Assembly (NCBI GenBank): GCA_028534125.1
Contig: CM052816.1
Location: 86,988,001-87,052,000, forward strand
DNA: 64,000 nt
Direction: 5' to 3'
DNA from: Lama glama
Lineage: Eukaryota
Numbering within the stretch: position 1 is the stretch's first letter; every line of letters begins with the position of its first letter. Positions 36,856 to 49,527 of this stretch are shown piece by piece. The position numbers and the translations under genes were made by a program. The notes beneath the pieces are model-generated. The model was not told where the DNA came from. It ran no database searches and saw nothing but the letters and a program-made list of their open reading frames with translations.

Positions 36856-37665
36856 GTAATTTTTAGTTACTTCTTAAACTTAACTCTCTATTATAACACA
36901 TCTCTCCTTCCCTGGAATGCTATATGAAGATTTTAAATTATGTGATTTATTAAACACATGATAGTAGTAGTATACATGCATCAAGGTATGTATATTTCAG
37001 TTACTTTCCACTCGGAATAATTATTCCATTCTTCGTGACTTAGATTTAAATCTTATTACTGTAAGTCATAAAAATTGTGTCACAAATTCAAATTCACCTC
37101 TCTTATCTCACTGTTTTCTTATATGCCATTCCAATTTTTCCACTTGTCATCTACTCTTGTCACTAGTCTATACAAGGCCCTCCTCTCGTTTTATTTTTCA
37201 TCTTCAACCTTATTCTTACTCTTATCCTCCCAATACTCATTCAACCTTTCTGATACGTTTTGAACTTGACAGTCTCCTTGTAAAATATATAATACTTTAT
37301 TCAAAGGTTAGCATTATACTCTAATATTTACTCTAATAGCCCATCAGCTGTTTCTAAATATTCTCTCAATCCTATACTGTTTTTTCTTTCTTTTTTTGTT
37401 TTGTAACTCACCTATATAATTTGTTAATCCTTAAAAAAAAATTCTACAATAAAGCAATCTTACGTTTCCTGTCATGAGAATTTCTCTCATGGTTATGCTA
37501 GGGATTAATATATCTGAATCAAATGGTAAAAAATATTCTTTGTTCTGTTAGAATAAATGGAATATCAACAAACTTTCCATTCACACAGTAAGTACTTGTG
37601 GAGTGCCTTACTGTGTTCTAATCATGGTTCTTGGTGCTCGGAATACTTTTGGAACATTTTTTTAA

Positions 37666-37882
37666 GTGGAATCTAAAAAAATAAAACAAGTGAATGAATA
37701 TATAGCAAAACAGAAATAGACTCACTGATATAGAGAACAAGCTAGTGTTACCAATGGGGAGAGGGGTAGCAAGATTGGGGTAGGGGGTTAAGAGGTACAA
37801 ACTACTGTGTATAAAATATATAAACTACAAATACGTAATGGACAGTACAGGTATATAGCCAATAAAAAACAAACAAACTAAA
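37666..37882 (+). mobile_element. L1 3'UTR fragment with A-rich tail, inserted in an L2 end
   Basis: gtggaatctaaaaa...cagaaatagactcactgatatagagaacaagctagtgttacc...gaggtacaaactac...tatagccaataaaaaacaaacaaac. Confidence 0.8.
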
Positions 37883-38029
37883 ACCTACTTTGGAATCACT
37901 CACATATTATTTAGTGTGTATAAACATTAGTCTTAACTAAGATTCAATGTTTATTAGAATGTTTTGGAACCACAGAAAGTAAAAGAGAATGTTTGGAAGT
38001 TCGGAAATGCAAGAACGCTGGTCGGCTGA

Positions 38030-39070
38030 TCTTTCACTTGGTTTTAGCAAAGACTTCCATGCAGATATCTGGAGGAGGAACATTCCTCGGAGATGGAACA
38101 GACACTTCAAAAGCCCAGTGTTGGAAGGATCACTACATGTTCAAAGGACAGCAACAGGCCAGTGTGGCTGGAGCAGAGTGAGCCAATATAGAGCAGTGAG
38201 AGGTGAACTAGGAAAACATCAGAGAAGGAGGCAGAACGTGTTGAGCCTCATTGTCTTTTACTTTCAAAGAAATGGAGAGCCACTAGGGGATTCTGAGTGG
38301 AGAAGTTATATAATCTGATCTGTGAATTAACAGCACTAATATGGCCGCTGTGTTGAGAATATGATATAAAATGGAAAGATTGGAGATAGGAGAGCAAGCG
38401 CATCATGAGGCCATTTCAACAGTACAAGGACAAACTTGCAGTGTGAACAAGGGTAGTGTTAGTGGATGATGGAAAATAATGGTGTCTTGAGTGTGTTTTG
38501 AAATTTGACCTGAGAATCTCAACAGCTGTAAGGTTGTGTGTCAGAAAAATCTGACTCCAATAATTTTGGCCATGGCACCTGGAGAGTAGTATTTGACATG
38601 GGGGAAGACCTAAGAGAGTACATATTTGGAGTGGAAGGGTGAGGATTAAAGAATGGAAGTTAACTTTTGGATATGTTAATTTTGAGATACCTGCTAGTCA
38701 TGCACATGGAGATCTAAAGTTATAAGCTAAATATATGTACCCTAAATTCAGAAAAGAGATCTTGGCAGAGGATATAATTTGTGAGTCCATAGTACAGAGA
38801 TAGTATTTAAAGTGACAGTACTGGTCCATTGATTAACCACTGAGGTGGTTTCAAATGAAGAACAAGTGAGTTTACCAGCAAACAGGATAGCCAGTGAGAT
38901 AATGAGATAAAAAAAAAAAGAGTATGAATTGTCCAAAGACAAGTGAAGATAATTTACCCAGAAGAAAGCAGTGAACAAATGTTACAGTGAACAAATGTTA
39001 CAAAGACTACTGATGGCATAAGAAATAGGCTAAGAATTTTCCACTGTATTAAACAATGTGCAGATCAGCA
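38030..39070 (-). mobile_element. L2 LINE fragment (its 3' tip probably at about 37575-37650)
   Basis: catgcagatatctggaggaggaacattcc...aggccagtgtggctggagcagagtgag...ttttggatatgttaattttgagatacct. Confidence 0.8.
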
Positions 39071-41624
39071 GGATGTATGGATTTGCATTGGCCCGAATTT
39101 CCACAGGCACATCTTTGACAATCTGATCCTTTAAAATTAGTTTATGTTGCTTATTACCACAATCTTACATCATTAATGAGTTTGATAATTTCTTAATAAC
39201 TCTGTAAGATATTGTCCCTTTCTGTAAGTATGAGGACGAACTTACATCGAACTGACCACTGTAGCTACAGCTAGAATCTGTGTGAAGCCAGATGTGCATG
39301 GCTCAGGTGTACCAAAAGAAATGGCTGTAGTCCACCCCTTGAACTAAATTTACCCCACTTTAAATTCACAGTGTCACTGGGTCTTCAAGGAAGTGGTTAG
39401 CTGGAATTTCTAAAAATAACTTCATAAAGAAAGGTTATTGGAACAAAGTTAGTGTCTTATGAAAATTGGATGGATATGGGCAAGTAATAATCAAGTATAT
39501 ACATATGCAGTATTTCATTCCAGTGGTAGATGAGAAAAAGTATTCTCATGAACAAGCTGCAAGTATAGAGATAAAAAATTCTGATGGTGTTGGTGTGGAT
39601 CATGGTGAGGTTTTGTAATTCCTAGCCCTCTGACTAGACTGATCTATTTAACACTGCAGGTTTGACTTAATACTCTCACAATCCCTCAATCTAGAACATT
39701 AACTAATGGAAATCTTAATAATTGTATTGTATTGCATAAAAAGGTTAGGATATGATGAAACTCACTTAGGATTATGGAAACAATAAGGCATCACTACTTT
39801 CTGAAGGAGGTATATTTAATGTCTGCAAATGCGTAGAGACATTTTCATTTTTAGTTTAGAAAATTTATGTATATAGTTCTTGCTAAGAAAAAGAAGCAGA
39901 GAATGCACTGTGGTATTTACACTTGATCACATGTTAGCACAGCTGAAAAATATGTAAATAGGATGAGTTGGCTGCATATATTAGTACTCAACCTCTTCTT
40001 ACGATTCCACTTTCATTTCATCATAAAACAGAGGCGCTTTTGAGAATTGAAAGATCTCAGCTTGCTCTTGCTTACATACTTGCATCATTGATGAGACACT
40101 TAGTAAAAAAGCACCTGTATATTTTTGAAACGTTTTGCTTTACAGCTTGAGATACACTGTAAGCATGTGTGCAAGTGTTTATAGCCACAGATAATAAGAC
40201 ACAATAATGAGAAAATGTACAATGCAATGAATTATTATTAGTGATCTCTCAGCAGGATTTCGTATAGATGATATCATACATCCTGCAACTACAGACCAGA
40301 GCATCTAGAGATCAGCTGTAGAACAATGGCTAACAGTTTATTTAATACCTGAAGTGTTTTCAGTAGCACTTGGGGAAGGTACTGTTGCCAGGGAACAATA
40401 AGGCAACTATCATCTAGATAACCTTGGGGAAATAATGGCTTCCTCTGCATATGTAAATCTCCCTCACATCAATGAGTTGTTTTTAGCACAGCTAAGATAC
40501 TGTCACTTTGTAAAGAAATGAAGGATTTTCTCTTATCAATTTTATAAGGGAAATCACTCCCCTGAAATAAAGAATAGTTTACCTTTAGCAACTGATAAAG
40601 AAGAGAAATTTCAACTTTGTCATCTGTATCAAAGTCAAATAACGAAAATAGCAAAGCCCAGGTATAGTACCAAAGCTAAGTAGTAGATGAAGCTTGGCAA
40701 CGTAGGTGTATCGACCATACAGTACATGTCTACTTACACACTGGCTTCAGCCCGTCAATTAACAAACACTGTCATTGATTATTCTGCTAATGGAACTAGG
40801 TTAAACCACAGTTGGCCAATTCCCATGAAGAAATACATAGTACAATAGGACAAGCAGAGGAATGAAACAAACCTAAAGTTAAAAAAAAATCAGTCTCTAT
40901 AGATCTGCCTCAAAATTCACTTGTCTGGCTTTACTTATATAACCGTCTTGCATCTCTAATCCTTGGCATTTACAAATCATTCTTCGCTTTTAGCTTTGAC
41001 ATCATTTTGGACACATATTAATTTTGTATGGTGATCTTTTATGGCAAATTATGTTTTTGTTTTTTTAGAGATTTTCCAACTTTCATCTTCTCTGGTTTGT
41101 TATTCAAAATGATTAGACAGGAATTTTTGAAAGTTTGCTTTATGCCACTTTGTTTTTTAACAAAGACCTGCATTTAGTAACAGTTTTCACCAACCAAAAA
41201 AGATCCAAAGAGGATTTTCACTTTTATGATAAAAGACCGAAAGTGAAAATTATATTTGAGGTTTGTTTTGCATTTGGTAGCTGTAAGAAGAAACGCCAGC
41301 CCCAAGCTGAGGGAGTGGCACCGCCAAGCTCCTTCCCCAGGAACTACACTCTGCATCTCACAATGAAAAGACCATAACTGTGAACTGTGACCGTGATCAT
41401 CCGTACTTTATCTCAGTTTATTTTGTGTACCCATTAACAAGATTGCTTGTTTGCTTCCTGCCATTTCGGCTTATGAAAGATTTCATAGGAACGCTCTACT
41501 TTCAGTTAACGGGGGAACCTGTATTTACTTTTTGCATATAAAACTACACGTGCATTTATCTACTTCATACTATATATTTATATATCAAACTTCTATGGAT
41601 TAGTCTTTTCTCTTTTTACTCTCT

Positions 41625-41968
41625 CAGCGCCAGCTTCTGAGGGAACAGCCTCCATTATAAGAAGTGTGACTAACTGGAGCTTACGCAGCTCTGAGAAGCC
41701 CCGGACACACGAAGAGGACGTGGAGTATCAGACACCATGTGGATAGAGAGGTGAGTGAAGGGACACCAAGGTTCTGGCAAGTAAGTTAATCAGCCATCCT
41801 GGATGTGGACACTCCAAGCCCAACGACTGCAGAAGCTGACAGGTAAATCAGACATGAATGTCTGCAAATCCCTTCCTAAATTCCTGGTAAATGATAAACA
41901 AAACTGCATCGTTGTTTTAACCCACTATTTTTGGAAGGTTTATTATGCAACAACAGGTAAATGAAACA
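41625..41968 (+). mobile_element. MaLR LTR (MLT1G/H-like) 3' part
   Basis: agccatcctggatgtgga...cccttcctaaattcctg...gttgttttaacccactatttttggaaggtttattatgcaacaacaggtaaatgaaaca. Confidence 0.7.
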
Positions 41969-42419
41969 TTCTTTGTCTGATACAGTGATCACACACCTAA
42001 GTCTCTGTTTCCTGTGTTTACTTTCTATTTTTACTTTCTTCCCCATTGTCTCATCAAAACTTAAGTCCTAGGTCTTTACACAGATCCTGGTAAGTGTTGA
42101 GCCTATAATAAAAATTTAAAAATAGAAAGTAACATATTTTGATCCCACTTAACAATAATAGAGACTGAATTAAATGCTTTAACTTCCAAACGTTTAAATT
42201 AGAGGTCACTCTATAGGGGTGTGGTGGCCGTAAACCTAAAAATTCTCCCTTTACCCTACCACTCATCTTCACGCAAACCCTAAGTTCCAACTTTCGCTGC
42301 CCTGGAAACCCTGGCATTGTTAGAGGCCTTAAGTCATTCAGTCTTGAACACTTTCCTGGGGAAATACTAAATCGATTGGTGACAGACTGTGTACTCTTGT
42401 ATAAAAATTTTGAAAAGCC

Positions 42420-43035
42420 CTGACTTAAATGTTCCAAAGGCATCTCTAATTCAGCATGTTCTAAACTGCAAAGAAGGTCTCTTTTTCTAAATTTGTTTGT
42501 ACTTTTCTAATTTGTGTCTTATCTACAAGCCACATAAGCTAGGAATTACTCCATCTCTCCTGTAATCTTATCTTGATTATTCGGTAACTATCACATGTGT
42601 CATCAGTTCCTGTCTAGTTTTCTCCTGATTACTTCTTTAATGCATTCTTCCTTCTCCATTCCCACCATCACTGACTTCATTCTAGGACATATCTCTTCAT
42701 ATATAGATTATTAAATTAGATTCGTATCTGTTCTTCAATTATCTTACATCATTGCTAGATATTTGCAGCTATATTAATAATACAATTTACTTTGTTATAT
42801 GTAGGTTTAAAATCTGCTAATGTTTCTCCCTGACAAGGAGAGTTCAGACTCATTAAAACAAATAACAAGTGCAAGAATAACAACTATATAAACAATAGTA
42901 ATATTATTATATACTTATATATAACATCTACATCACAATAAAGTCATCACGATAAAAATGGAGGGACTGCTTATCTTTTAGTATCTGTATCATCTAGCTT
43001 GTGTGGTAAATATTCAAGAAATATTTGCTAAAGCA
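42420..43035 (+). mobile_element. Highly diverged L2 fragment(s)
   Basis: aggcatctctaattcagcatgttctaaactg...cttctccattcccaccatcactg...tattcaagaaatatttgct. Confidence 0.55.
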
Positions 43036-43384
43036 CATAATGATTAAATTAATTACTACCATCTTAGTTTATCAAATAATTAATGTTCCACTACATTAAT
43101 TAACTAATCTACTAATCAATACTTGGAAAATACCTGCTTCCCTTAAACATGGCAATGATTCTCTCTCTCTTTTTTTTTTTTGTTGGAAACTCTCATAGTG
43201 TAGGATAAATCTTTCGAACTTTCAGGGATTTGGATACTTTTATTGTAAAAACACCCCTTAAGGGCCTGGAGAAATTAAGTTGCTTGCCTAAGGCCATATA
43301 CCCAGTTAAGAGCCATGTGTATCACATTCCAGGGAAATTCTCCACTCAATAACATTGGTATTTCTGTTTATAAAAATTGCAATA

Positions 43385-43885
43385 CTTCTGTCTTGCTACA
43401 TAGCAAACTACCACAAACTTAATATCTTAAAGCAGCATGTATTTATTTTCTCACAATTTCCGTGACCCTCTGCTCAGCATCTCACAAGACTGTATTCAAC
43501 ATGTTTGCTGCACATGGGTCTCATCGTGGGTTGGGGATCCTCTGTCAGGCTCACACTGGTTGGCAGAAGTCAGTACCTTGCAGCTGTAGAACTCCTGGTG
43601 ACTTGTTCCTTCAAGGACAGCAGGCGATCATCTCTGTCACTCCAGTCTCTCCTTTTTAAAGGGCTCAACTGATTATGTCATGGCTACTCGGGCTGATATC
43701 CCTTTTGATTAACTTGTACTTAACTGATTAAGGACCTTAATTTCTTCTTCAAAATGTCTGCACTGTAGGATAACATAATCATATGACATCCCATTCATAT
43801 TCTCAGATCCTAACTATACTCCAGCGGGAGCGGATTATACTAAGGGCATGGGTCCTTTTGGTCATTTATGGTCATCTCTGCCATA
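43385..43885 (-). mobile_element. MaLR LTR (MLT1E-like)
   Basis: caaactaccacaaactt...ttttctcacaatttc...gttggcagaagtcagtaccttgcagctgtaga...ccttttgattaact. Confidence 0.8.
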
Positions 43886-44475
43886 AAGGGATGTGGTTTC
43901 CTTTTGTAGTACTTTGTATAAACATTTTATTAATCCCATCAAGTTTATTTAAGTGAAATAAATAGAATTTTGTTGATAAAAGTGACTTTTAAGCCACCTA
44001 TTCCTAGTATCATTTTCCTCCTCTTGCACTGAGATAACCACTATCATAAATTTTATAAGTATACACAACAAATTTATATATGAAAAATAATATATAATGA
44101 TGCTATATGGAATTAACTTAAAAAGTTTTCAACAATTATCATTTACTCTGTTGACTTTCAAATAGCCTTTTAAAAATATTTTAGGATAGCCTCTGTTTTA
44201 TCTAAGCTTTAAAAATGATACATGAAGCATCTCAATTTCATTAGTTGCTCTATACAGATTTTCCATGTTGCTAGTAGTTTTTAAACTGCTTAATCACTAA
44301 TATTTGAGAAAAATAAGATTTCTCCAGCATATCTGAAAATTTGTATACTCATGATATTTTGCTGTGTTTTTCTTACTTAATAATGAGTCTTTGGCATTTG
44401 GTATTAGGTGTACATACATTCATGATTTCTACATTAAAAAAAGTTTTTTTAATAAATATGAAATATATATTTTAA

Positions 44476-45044
44476 AAGTCAATCCTCATTATTCATGGAT
44501 TCTGTAACTTCTGACAAGTTTCTCTACTTGTGAAATTTATTTGTAAGCCCAAATTCAATACTCACGGCACTTTTGTTGTCACTCACAGACATGCATAAAA
44601 GTAGTGAAAATTTTGTTACTGACTTCCACCTTCTCGACTGAGGCTGAACTAGGTGATGCTCTGCCCTCCTGTTTCAGCCTCATACAGAGATGACCAGGGA
44701 ATAGAGATGCCGGGAGACAGGCAGTGGAGTGCAAGAAGCTCCATCTCTGGGCCAGGTGGACTGGGTTTGAATCCCAAGTCTGGTACCTGTTATTGGGACG
44801 GCCTCAGGCAATTCACTCAACACTTGTGAACCTCATTTTCTCCTTCATAAAATAAAGAAAATAAAATTGACCAGGATGAGTTGTTTTTAGGTTGTAAGAT
44901 TACAGCATAAGTGAGATTTATACATATATGTACATATACATACACGCACAATGTTTACCTGCCCTAGGACAAATGACTCAGTATACCTTAATTCAGTGTT
45001 CCTGGCAATTTTATATAACTGCTGTGGATAACAAAAATCAACTG
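44476..45044 (+). mobile_element. MER82/Tigger9-type non-autonomous TcMar element with MIR-like internal segment
   Basis: Ends agtcaatcctcattattcatggattc and ...ctgtggataacaaaaatcaactg+TA; interior ctgggtttgaatccca...ggcaattcactcaac...tgaacctcattttctcc is MIR core. Confidence 0.8.
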
Positions 45045-47695
45045 TAAATATATTTTTATTTATAATTTTTTATAATCTTACCTTCTACTTTTTCTAATAT
45101 TAATTTTGCTTCACTGATCTTTTTTATTTAGTGTTTTCCTATTATCACTAAATGAGAAAAGATTAGTGTAAGGGATGGCTTTATTTCAGTAATTCTCATC
45201 TTCTCGAAGTATACAAAAAAGTCTCCGAAAGGAGCTGATAGGAGACATAATTCTTTATTTGGGCAAATATGAGTTTTATTTATTTACTTGAGCATACTAT
45301 TGCAATCTTTCAGAAAGTCTCTGCACAGCATATAATTAACAAGAACAGCAATTTTTGCAGGTAACTTTTTGCAAACAAGGGAAAATTAAGTATTTTCAAC
45401 CAACTTCCATATAGGTCCAGGAGAAAAGCTACTAGGCAAGTCCTGTGGGCCAGGCTAAAGTAATTATCTTGGACTAAGAGTAAAAATAGTGTGATTTATT
45501 TTATCCACAGAACACACTTTAAGGAGTTCTAAGCATTTTATATGTGCAAAAAATGTGGGGTTTAAATCATAATTTGAATATTCTATCAAAGTTTGTTATA
45601 CCTTTCTTGAATAACTGCTCTGTTTTTGTCATTTATTACATTTGTTATTTGTTGCATTTGTTATTTATTATATTTATTTCTTATAAACAAAACATAGATG
45701 AATTTATCAAAAATATCTACCATTTTATGGGCAAAATAAATGCATTTATTTATTGTGATTACTGATATTTTTGAATAATTTCTCCATGCTTTTTTTTTTC
45801 CACAGTGGTTAATATTTGCTACTTAATTTGTTTGTTTGTTTTTATTTTTGTGTTTTTTCTATCATGGTGAAAGCTTTCTGGCCTTTTCCTGCTGCTGTCA
45901 AGTTCAAAATTATCTTATGTTCCTACTTCAAAAAAAAATGCCACTATGTATTTTAATTCTTTTAATTTAATAATTTAGCTTACATTTCCTCCCATGGGGA
46001 ATGGGGTTAGAGTGTGCAAGATTCATTTAAAATTATGTTTTGTGTTTTTCCACAAATAATTTCATAATATTTGTATTTCATGAAAAATACTAGATATATA
46101 AGCTATAAAAAGTTGTAATGACAGTGACACCAAGAAAAGGAATAGAAAGACTAGATTTACCTTTTTCCCTGCATGACATATTTTAAATTGAAGCAATCCT
46201 AAATTTTACAGATGACAGAAATCAAGAGTATGATTTAGTTTCTTACCACTTCAATGCCTTTAATGATAGTCTACAGATATTGATGTCTTTCAATGAGTTG
46301 TACAGCCGTTAACAATTGCTTTTAGAGTCAGAAAGGGGTTGGAATTTAGCATGGGTTGTTATTTGATCTGTAGTGCTATTTTAGTAGCTTATGCAGTTAT
46401 TTGTGTCAACTTGTGTAACAGTTTTTTTCTTTTTTTCCTGATCTTGATGGTAACCGAATTGTGTTTCCATCTCTCCAATAAAGCAAAGAAGTTACTGAAT
46501 CTTGGATTATGTAGAATGACTTACAGGAAGGTGACACAATGTAGAAAGCTCATCATTTATTTTATAACTAAATGGGAATATGTTCAATATGACTCTTATC
46601 AAAAGGATAAAGCCAATTATTTGGGAAAAAATAAATTATTAGTAGTACAGGATTGGAAAATAGGAAAAATATTTTCAACTTTCTACGATTGTTCTAATCT
46701 CTATTCTCTATTTACAATAACTCTCCAATAACTTCTAATTTGGGGATTTAATTGCATTAAAATATTGAAAATCAAATGCTCCACAGTTATCTTTATGAAA
46801 AATCTGCTTATAGATATATAAATTCTCTTATGTAAACTTTGGAGGACAATTAAAATTTTTTACTGTAAAATTTAAATTTTACTCTTCTCTACATACTTCT
46901 ATGTCAAAAACTTAATCTCCTCTTCTTGCCCATCTATTATTTGAATTGGAAATCATTTTCACATATTTCATTGGTCACTGCAGTGCCACAATTTAAATGA
47001 TTTGTTGTTGCAGATCAGCTGTTTAAATTTAACAGTTATATTAGGAGTTATTTATTTTCTTGCCTCTTGAAAACTTTAATTCACAAAAGATAATCCATAT
47101 AGTAATGGAAATGCAACATACTATGACCACTCTTAACTGATCTCAGTGAATTTTTTAACTTTTGTCCTTAATATTCTTGTCCTAATAAAATATTCTGTTT
47201 TAATGAGATAAAAAGATGAAAAATGTCATTATGTAGTATGTCTTTACAATCTAGAAAAGCCCCCATTACTGCTCCCATCTCCTGCTATCAGAAATAAAAT
47301 GATCTCAGCCAAGTCTTCTTATTACCCAGCCTTAAATGTAAATATATTTCATAAAAGTTGCTTTTAATCGAGATGTGATTTACACTTTGAACAGAGTTCA
47401 AATCAACTATTAATTGATGATGTGTCAAAAATATTTGAAAATTAATGTGAATACATGACTGTCATGCCACTTTTAGCAAAGCTTTTGTTAAGTACCTTAT
47501 CTTGTGCAATGCTTCATCCAGTGCTTAATATGCAGAATATTCAGTAGCAAATTTATGGTATCTCCCTAACTTATCTGTTAATCTGTTTACTACTCTTTTT
47601 CCAATATGCACATGCAATTTCTTATATGATTATTTCTACAACTGAATAAATGACAGATGATTATTTACTCTAGTCTTTGAGGAATATAGGAAACC

Positions 47696-48132
47696 TGTCA
47701 TACCAGTTGGCATTAGTTTTGTTGAACAAGTGGTATCCAGCTGCAAAGAATAAAGACCTTTATTTGAGTTCCTAGGAATTAAAATTAGAGAGATGCAGAT
47801 TCCCATAAAACTGAAAGAGCGTTCAGATAAGAGCAAGAGTCAGGATCTTATAAGGGCAAAAGCCACAAGTTTGTTAAAGTTGTCTTGCAAGAATTATGAG
47901 TGACTTTGACACAAAAGGAGAAATATTTGTCTTTAAGTGATAGGCTGTCATGTTATTTAGGGGTAAGGTTCCGTTAAGTATCTTGAGTTTCTGGAACATT
48001 GTACAGATGTTCTGGATGCCTATGTTAAGATAATAAGTGGGTCAGAAGTTCAGTTTCCATCCTGGCTGAGATGTGCCTAAATCCCATTTCCTCAGTGGCT
48101 TCAGACTCCACTTTTAGAGTGCACTCTTAGCA
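47696..48132 (-). mobile_element. ERV1-type solo LTR (MER110-like, tentative)
   Basis: TG...CA bounded (tgtcatacc...cttagca); minus-strand AATAAA (ctttattt about 47758-47765); near-TSD aacc/accc. Confidence 0.6.
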
Positions 48133-48339
48133 ACCCTGTCATCTTGATTTTCTTTTCCCAGTTTAACAAGCGTGAACACTACAAAACCATTATGATCTGT
48201 TTCAACATGATTAACTTCATAAGTTACATTGAATATATAATATTCTGGTTGATTAATTAGAGTGGTGACTTGATATTTCTAGTTGGAAAGAGCCAAAGAT
48301 TTGATGGCCTTCATTTTTTTCAAGAATAAAAATTAGCCC

Positions 48340-48826
48340 TCCATAAGGCCCTTAATATTTCTCTTTGGCATAAATATTATTTTAGACTGGTAGTTTTTAA
48401 GGAACAACAGACGTATGGAAAGCTCTGAAAACCAAGCAGAAGTTACCTTTTTGTAGGAGACATTTACATTTGTAAGGAAAAATCTCCGTTTGTAAGAATG
48501 GCTCCCTCTCCGTGCCTGAAAGAGAAGGATGACCAGATCTCTAGAAGCTCTAGAAGGGAAAGACCTTAACCTGCATAACAGCCTTAGCTTTGTTTATTGT
48601 GCTTTTCGGAGTTGCCTCCCATAACTGGCTGCCCCACTCCCCATCATCTTATTGGGACATCTCTGAGAGTTACTCCATTTTCCTGGGTCTCTCCCATATG
48701 AACAGGAGTCATACATGTCTGTGAACTTCTGCTTGTCTTTCTCCTGTTAGTCTGTCTTTAATTACAAGGCACGTATCAGCCAAGAGCCTAGAAGGGTAAA
48801 GGGAAAATTATTCTTCCTCCTGTACG
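48340..48826 (+). mobile_element. ERV1 LTR (MER34A-like)
   Basis: ctctttggcataaa...aagctctgaaaacc...agaagttaccttttt...ctagaagggtaaagggaaaattattcttcctcc. Confidence 0.8.
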
Positions 48827-49188
48827 ATAGGACAGATCCCAACAAAGATTCAAATAAAGATAAATCACCAACTAGTAAAGTAAGAGTAATTAGATATAGT
48901 GTACATTTATATTCAGTTGAACTATGATAAACACTTTGACTATAGAATTTTAGTAAGATGATAATTTTTCACACTCTTCAGGTAAAGGAAATGACATTTA
49001 GAGTTTCCCAACCATAATTGTTGTTTTAATTGTGCCTTTTATTTCTATTTTGTATTAAGAAAAAAATAAACCTTTCATATTTTTTCTCGAAAAATCTTTT
49101 ATAAAATGACAAAACTAAACAAATCAGCAAATGTCTAGGAATCCAGGTCTTTGATCTTTAACCCTGTGCTACAGCTGTTTTAAGGAAA

Positions 49189-49527
49189 TGAAAAAATACT
49201 AATAGTCAGAAACCTCAGTTAAATAGAGGTGGGAGACCAGCAGGGGGCACACTCACATCCTGTAATGATGGCCGAGCGCAGTTGGAAGAAGGAAGACTCT
49301 TCTTCCTTCCTGACAAGGACTCAACCAATGAAAAGTCAAGGCCTCTTTGTTATGGCCCTCCCAACTGCCTTTTCTTCTCCATAAAAAAACCTTCTCTTTC
49401 CCTTGCCATGTGGGAAGTGACATGACTCTCCATGGGTGCAGCGCCCAAATTGCATTTCTCTGCTGACCCCAATTAAACCCATCTTTGCTGAAGAAATACC
49501 TGGCAGTCAATTTCTTTTGTGTCAACA
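49189..49527 (+). mobile_element. ERV1 solo LTR (MER89-like)
   Basis: TG...CA; CCAAT (aaccaatg); TATA-like cataaaa; attaaa poly(A) signal; terminus gctgaagaaatacctggcagtc...gtcaaca. Confidence 0.7.

Noticed and set aside
42054..42443. 129-aa minus-strand ORF
   Set aside because: No recognisable homology, starts within L2-like sequence, no exon structure
46339..46731. 130-aa hydrophobic ORF
   Set aside because: Non-ATG start and composition typical of T-rich non-coding DNA; no domain recognised
48965..48987. Additional AG|GT recursive-splice-like motif (ctcttcAG|GTAAAG; similar at about 45360 and 53941)
   Set aside because: Weak donor halves; their frequency shows such motifs arise by chance and tempers the 5161 finding
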